Source of the DNA: Thermoflexibacter sp.
Lineage (GTDB): Bacteria; Bacteroidota; Bacteroidia; Cytophagales; Thermoflexibacteraceae
Length of the DNA stretch: 39,668 nt
Direction of reading: 5' to 3'
Assembly (NCBI GenBank): GCA_025455345.1
Contig: JALOMS010000002.1
Span: 1-39,668, forward strand
Part shown: piece by piece, positions 35,334 through 39,668 of the stretch
Layout: the number at the start of each line of letters is the position of its first letter
Position numbering within the stretch: the stretch's first letter is position 1
The notes under the pieces: model-generated
Seen by the model: the letters and a program-made list of their open reading frames with translations, nothing else
Told to the model about the DNA's origin: nothing
Databases searched by the model: none
Translations under genes and position numbers: made by a program

Positions 35334-35642
35334 TTACAATACTTCTTCTAATAAAGACCTAAACGCATAATATCGCCCACTAAATTTTTTTTCTACTTCT
35401 TCTCTTAAGGCTTTTGCGTACTTTGCCTCATATTCTTGGAATTTTTCCAAACTTTCACAAAAATATTGTACTGCGTAGTTTGTACCTGTATTATCTTCTA
35501 CGCTTGTTAAGAGTCTGAAGAAACGATAATGAGAAAATATGCCTGTTCGCATTACATCAGGAATATGCACCTCTTTCATCCATTTTACCCAACTTTCGTG
35601 GGATTCATCTTCTATATTGATAGTTACATTGTATAAAATCAT
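35334..35642 (-). CDS. DUF4286 family protein
   Basis: MILYNVT..W..WMK..HIPDV..TG.F..YAVQY..F..FRSLLE; ATG 35642 preferred. Confidence 0.88.
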   Translation of the reverse strand: MILYNVTINIEDESHESWVKWMKEVHIPDVMRTGIFSHYRFFRLLTSVEDNTGTNYAVQYFCESLEKFQEYEAKYAKALREEVEKKFSGRYYAFRSLLEEVL

Positions 35643-35686
35643 ATTATTATTATTTTGTATATTGTGTTTAGTTCGGTTTATCATGG

Positions 35687-36457
35687 CTAATAAAAGGCTT
35701 TGTGCAAAAGAACTATCCCACCATTATGAGCATACTTTTCTATACGCATAAAGAGTTCTAAAGGAGAGTTGCGTTTGATATCCCAATCATAAGTGTCTAT
35801 TGACCAGTTGATTATTTTGTAGCCTCTTACTCCAAGCTCTATAATCTGCTCATCAGAAATCATACCATACGGCGGACGGAAAAGCAAGGGTTTTATCCCA
35901 AGTTCTTGTACAAATACGTCTTCTGATAGCTTCAAATCTTCCATCATCTGTTCGGTAGTGATTTGTGTAAGTTTGTCATGAGCAAATGAATGATTCCCTA
36001 TCAAATGTCCAGCATTTTGAATAGCCAAAGCATTATGTTTATACGTTTTGATTCGATTCCCAATGAGAAAAAAAGTTGCTTTGATTTTGTACTTTTCCAA
36101 TATTCTTAATACTTGGGGGCAATACCAATCATCTGGGCTATCGTCAAATGTAAGTGCTATTTGTTTGATAGTTTTACGTTTTTTGATAGGTTGTTCTAAA
36201 AAATAAACTTCAGAAAAAGCTTTTGCCTGTCTTTCCACTTCACTTTTAAAGATTTTTTCTGAGATGCTTTCTGCCTGATTTTTCAGATAGCTTTTATCTA
36301 ATAGCCAATTAGGGAAATCTTCAGACGAGATAGAAAAAGCAGGCGTATATTGATAGCTATTTGTGTCAATGAATGGCTTGATAATAAGCAACATGACATA
36401 AAATATCGTAAATAAAATAGCTACTCCTACGCCTCGTCTGATAAACCGATTTCGCAT
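35687..36457 (-). CDS. Polysaccharide deacetylase (NodB/CE4), apparently C-terminally shortened
   Basis: ALTFDDSP, GNHSFAH, FRPPYG, DTYDW and IVLLH, with a stop 4 residues later; N-terminal transmembrane anchor. Confidence 0.85.
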   Translation of the reverse strand: MRNRFIRRGVGVAILFTIFYVMLLIIKPFIDTNSYQYTPAFSISSEDFPNWLLDKSYLKNQAESISEKIFKSEVERQAKAFSEVYFLEQPIKKRKTIKQIALTFDDSPDDWYCPQVLRILEKYKIKATFFLIGNRIKTYKHNALAIQNAGHLIGNHSFAHDKLTQITTEQMMEDLKLSEDVFVQELGIKPLLFRPPYGMISDEQIIELGVRGYKIINWSIDTYDWDIKRNSPLELFMRIEKYAHNGGIVLLHKAFY

Positions 36458-36465
36458 ATAAAATA

Positions 36466-37707
36466 TTATTTTTTGATTGCCCTAATCAAGTTATTTTCTT
36501 TTGTTCCCCAGTGATACCCTAAATCAAAAGGCAAAGAGGTTACTTTGCCAAGGGCATGAAGGCTATCATAAAACCCTTTCAAATCTTTCTGTCCCATATT
36601 TTTGAAATCGCGTATAGGCTTGTCGTATATCCCATATACCGTCAAATCCCACTGAGAACGATTAAAAAATCTAAAAGGCATGCCAGTATCATCTTGTAAA
36701 ATAAAACGACTTTTCTCTAAGACAATAGGTCGCAAATCTGTAAAATAGGGGAAGTGGAGTAGATAAGAGGCTGATTTGAAGTAGCTATTGCTTATGGGTA
36801 AGTTTGCTAAAAATTTCGCAAAATTGGGATTCTGCTTCAGTCCACTATTGGAAAGGTCTTGGCGAAAATAATAAACGGTCTTGGTGCGATTATCTTTGGG
36901 TGCAAAGAAACTCACTTTTACACCTTTGAGCTTTACATCTACGGTGTCTATGACTGTACTTATGATTTTCCCATTTTCAGCCAAATTTACCTGCTCTATA
37001 TTGGTGATAGTATGACCTGTACGTACAATAAAAAGGCAAAGTACGGGCAATATGCCTTCTGTACGCCCTCTTTGGAAGTCTTTGGACATTTTGCGCGTGA
37101 GGAAATAACTCTTGTCCAATAAGTCATCAATGGATTCCAACACAGAAATGAAATAATTGTCTATCATTTTTGCATTGAAAGTGCTAAGGTCGGGAAAAGG
37201 CATCACTGTTTCTAAACCAATCAAAGTATAGCTATCTGCTTGAGGGAAAAGATTGTAAGCATTGACAAAATCAGGACCCGAAAATGGATAGAATAAGGGA
37301 GTGTGGTCTTGGTTGGCTACGACTAATTCTTGATTAGCCCATGCACGCATTTTAGCAAAGCGGTCAGAGTCGACTTTGGCCCATGATTTTTCCATATTTC
37401 CCATGAATGTCTTGTAGTTATCCGTTTGTGTGTAAATGGCTAACTCACTTCCACTTTCTAAAGGCAAACCAGCCACCAAGCGAGCAAAATCATTGAATTT
37501 GGGATTGATAATCTTGGGTACGTTAGGAGTAGTAAGGGCTTGGTTATCAGAAGAAGTTATAGGAATATCAAATCTTTCAGATTTGGCAGTATCTTTTTGT
37601 AAATGAGTGGATTGATTTTGGGAACTGTCTTGCCCACAACCTTGTATTAGCAAAACAATTAATAAAAACAAGATAGGGAATCTCATATTTGTCGGTAAGT
37701 AATTCAT
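36466..37707 (-). CDS. Conserved hypothetical lipoprotein
   Basis: Lipobox IQGC; conserved-looking blocks FYPFSGPDF, KSASYLLH, QDDTGMP and LPFDLGY. Function unknown. Confidence 0.75.
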   Translation of the reverse strand: MNYLPTNMRFPILFLLIVLLIQGCGQDSSQNQSTHLQKDTAKSERFDIPITSSDNQALTTPNVPKIINPKFNDFARLVAGLPLESGSELAIYTQTDNYKTFMGNMEKSWAKVDSDRFAKMRAWANQELVVANQDHTPLFYPFSGPDFVNAYNLFPQADSYTLIGLETVMPFPDLSTFNAKMIDNYFISVLESIDDLLDKSYFLTRKMSKDFQRGRTEGILPVLCLFIVRTGHTITNIEQVNLAENGKIISTVIDTVDVKLKGVKVSFFAPKDNRTKTVYYFRQDLSNSGLKQNPNFAKFLANLPISNSYFKSASYLLHFPYFTDLRPIVLEKSRFILQDDTGMPFRFFNRSQWDLTVYGIYDKPIRDFKNMGQKDLKGFYDSLHALGKVTSLPFDLGYHWGTKENNLIRAIKK

Positions 37708-37841
37708 TTATAATAATTTGATAAGCAATTACTTAGATTTTAAAGTTTTATAAAATTCCATACAAACGCAATAGTTTTTATTAACCTTGAATTACGTTTG
37801 TATGGGTAGAGTTTACAAAAAATTTATTCTTCTGTATTATT

Positions 37842-38837
37842 TTATGCCAATATCCATTTAAACTTATATTCTAAGTTAGGGGTTTTGATTCTTTCCGCAA
37901 TTCTATTTAAGCGTTCTGGGAGTTTAATCAAGTATTCTCTTGCTTTCTCTCCAGAGTCTTTCAATCCTGAAATATTTTCTATATTCCACGCCTTGATTAG
38001 GCTTTTGAGAATATCTGCATAGTCTATTGCTGTATAGACTCCTAAGCGTTGGGCGGCATCTGTAAAATGTCCAAAAGTCTTACCTACTTCCAGACCTACC
38101 TCGCGCAAGAAATGGGCGGGCATGACGATTTTCTTTTTCATCATGTCCTCAAAAGCAAGCATCATTTCGTTAGGGTCAAGCTCGAATATCTTCTCTACAA
38201 AGTGCATGTACGCCTTGGCGTGTCGCGCTTCGTCTCCTGCCACAAACCCACAAATTTTACTCAAGGCGGCATCTCCTTCTTTTCTTGCAATCGTGCCTAC
38301 TCTTCGGTGTGAGATATTAGTGGCTAATTCTTGGAAACTTGTATAAACAAAGTTACGATACGGGTCATCACCTGTTTGTATATTAAAGCCATCAGCAATT
38401 AAGTATTGGGTAGAGATTTCCATTTCTCTCATATCTACCCTTCCTGTCAGATATAAATACCTGTTCAGTACATCACCATGTCTATTTTCTTCGGCTGTCC
38501 AATTACGCACCCACTTCTTCCAACCACTCTCTTCGCTTGCTTCTTTGATACCATCTACGGCAAACAACCAAGATTCATACGTAGGCAAGGCTTCTTCAGT
38601 AATCGTATCACCAATCAATACAGCTATCAAATCATAAGAGAGAGCCTTTGCTCTTTCTTGTAACCCTTTGATTTCATCAAAGAAATTGTCCAAACTTGCA
38701 TTGGGTAAGAAATCAGTAGGTTGCCAGTATTCTTCTATGGGTTTTAGGAAGTCATAAATCGCTCCTGAGACATAGCCCTCAAGGTGTTTCATTACTTCTG
38801 AGCGTGTTAAGTCTGAAAAATTCATTGCTTTTTCCAA
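37842..38837 (-). CDS. Acyl-ACP desaturase (soluble di-iron family)
   Basis: WQPTDFLP, GDTITEEALPTY, WTAEENRHG, YTSFQE.AT.ISH, DEARH and IVMPAH. Start is TTG 38837 or ATG 38825. Confidence 0.95.
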   Translation of the reverse strand: MEKAMNFSDLTRSEVMKHLEGYVSGAIYDFLKPIEEYWQPTDFLPNASLDNFFDEIKGLQERAKALSYDLIAVLIGDTITEEALPTYESWLFAVDGIKEASEESGWKKWVRNWTAEENRHGDVLNRYLYLTGRVDMREMEISTQYLIADGFNIQTGDDPYRNFVYTSFQELATNISHRRVGTIARKEGDAALSKICGFVAGDEARHAKAYMHFVEKIFELDPNEMMLAFEDMMKKKIVMPAHFLREVGLEVGKTFGHFTDAAQRLGVYTAIDYADILKSLIKAWNIENISGLKDSGEKAREYLIKLPERLNRIAERIKTPNLEYKFKWILA

Positions 38838-39101
38838 ACAAACTATTTTATCTTAAATATTTGAATCTCTATTTTTTTTGCATCGTTATAAGGAATAGAT
38901 AATGATTAGACACGCAGACATGAGCAGTGCTAATATGAGATGGTCTGATACTGGATTTTTTAATAATATCTTATTGCTCATTTATCGCCCTTGACTATTT
39001 TCATGTATTTTTTGTATTTACTTTCAATAGATTTTTGCAATTCATATAATAAAACGTTGAGATTATACGTAATTCTTTTAGAACTAAATGCTGTAAGAAA
39101 A

Positions 39102-39668
39102 ATGAAAAAAATAGCTGTTTTTATTCATATTTTTATGATTTTATCCCTTTTGCTATCTGTATCTCCTATGGCAATGGCACAGACCAAAGCGCAAGAAGGT
39201 ACTTATGCCTTGTATATCAAACTGGGGAATCTACTCCGAAGAGGGTCTCAAGATGAGTTAGGAGAATATTTTATCAGAAAAGGACTTTCCGTAGTCAAAG
39301 ACAGAGACCGTTATTGGGAAGCGGCGGCTTATGAGGGCTTAGGTCTAATCTATAGAAGTAGAGGAGATGAGGAAACTGCCAATAAATACTTTTTAGATGC
39401 TTTGGGCTTGTACGGTATGGAAAAAATCACGGTTTGTGAAAAAGCCATGCACGCATTGATAGATAGCTCTGCCTCTAATAAAGAAGTGTTTAAGAATTTC
39501 AATGACTATAAGCCAAGCAATGTAAGAGAGGCTTTTATCAATATTAGAGTAGCCAATGCCCTGATAGAAGCCAAACAGTATGAAGTAGCACAAAAGTTAC
39601 TTTTAGAATCGCTAAGTATGGTCAAAGACGCAAATATGTATTGGGAGGCTTCTGCATACGAGTATCTG
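39102..39668 (+). CDS. Exported TPR-like protein, 5' part (runs off the window)
   Basis: Open frame from ATG 39102: signal peptide MKKIAVFIH..AMAQ and the repeated unit YWEAAAYEGLG / YWEASAYEYL. It has no stop in the window, so it is absent from the ORF track. Confidence 0.8.
   Translation, partial: MKKIAVFIHIFMILSLLLSVSPMAMAQTKAQEGTYALYIKLGNLLRRGSQDELGEYFIRKGLSVVKDRDRYWEAAAYEGLGLIYRSRGDEETANKYFLDALGLYGMEKITVCEKAMHALIDSSASNKEVFKNFNDYKPSNVREAFINIRVANALIEAKQYEVAQKLLLESLSMVKDANMYWEASAYEYL

Noticed and set aside
37758-37805. Inverted repeat CCATACAAACG..CGTTTGTATGG as a terminator after the desaturase
   Set aside because: The loop is long (26 nt) and there is no clear U tract on the minus strand, so its function cannot be supported.
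1-39668. tRNA, rRNA or known riboswitch
   Set aside because: None was recognised by eye in the intergenic regions. A covariance-model scan would be needed to exclude them.

Overview
AT-rich Bacteroidota chromosomal window, probably Cytophagales, judged from TAnnTTTG promoters, a T9SS type-B sorting domain and a Bacteroidota-type atp operon. The housekeeping backbone comprises dnaE, atpB-E-F-H-A, an acyl-ACP desaturase, a PVC-type CxxCH protein, a PKD/T9SS protein and TPR proteins. Small conflict or defence modules are interleaved with it, and no integrase or transposase is visible. These modules are: two PD-(D/E)XK genes; an MNT with a possible truncated partner; a PARIS-like ABC-ATPase + DUF4435 pair bracketed by a 69-bp duplication of the dnaE 3' end; an AccI-family type II R-M pair; an ABC-ATPase + small PD-(D/E)XK-like pair; and a three-gene operon at 10292-13405. 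That operon is the best candidate for an undescribed system. It encodes a CHAT (caspase-like) protease, an FxsC-C-terminal-like protein and a KGGVGR ParA/MinD-like ATPase. The CHAT protein shares one short motif with each partner: a 21-aa N/Q/G-rich amyloid-like motif with the middle protein and a ~60-aa helical adaptor-like domain with the ATPase. The window also holds several palindromic repeat families, including two 248-bp four-hairpin elements and repeats sitting in frame inside genes. All family assignments come from reading motifs by eye; no database searches were run.
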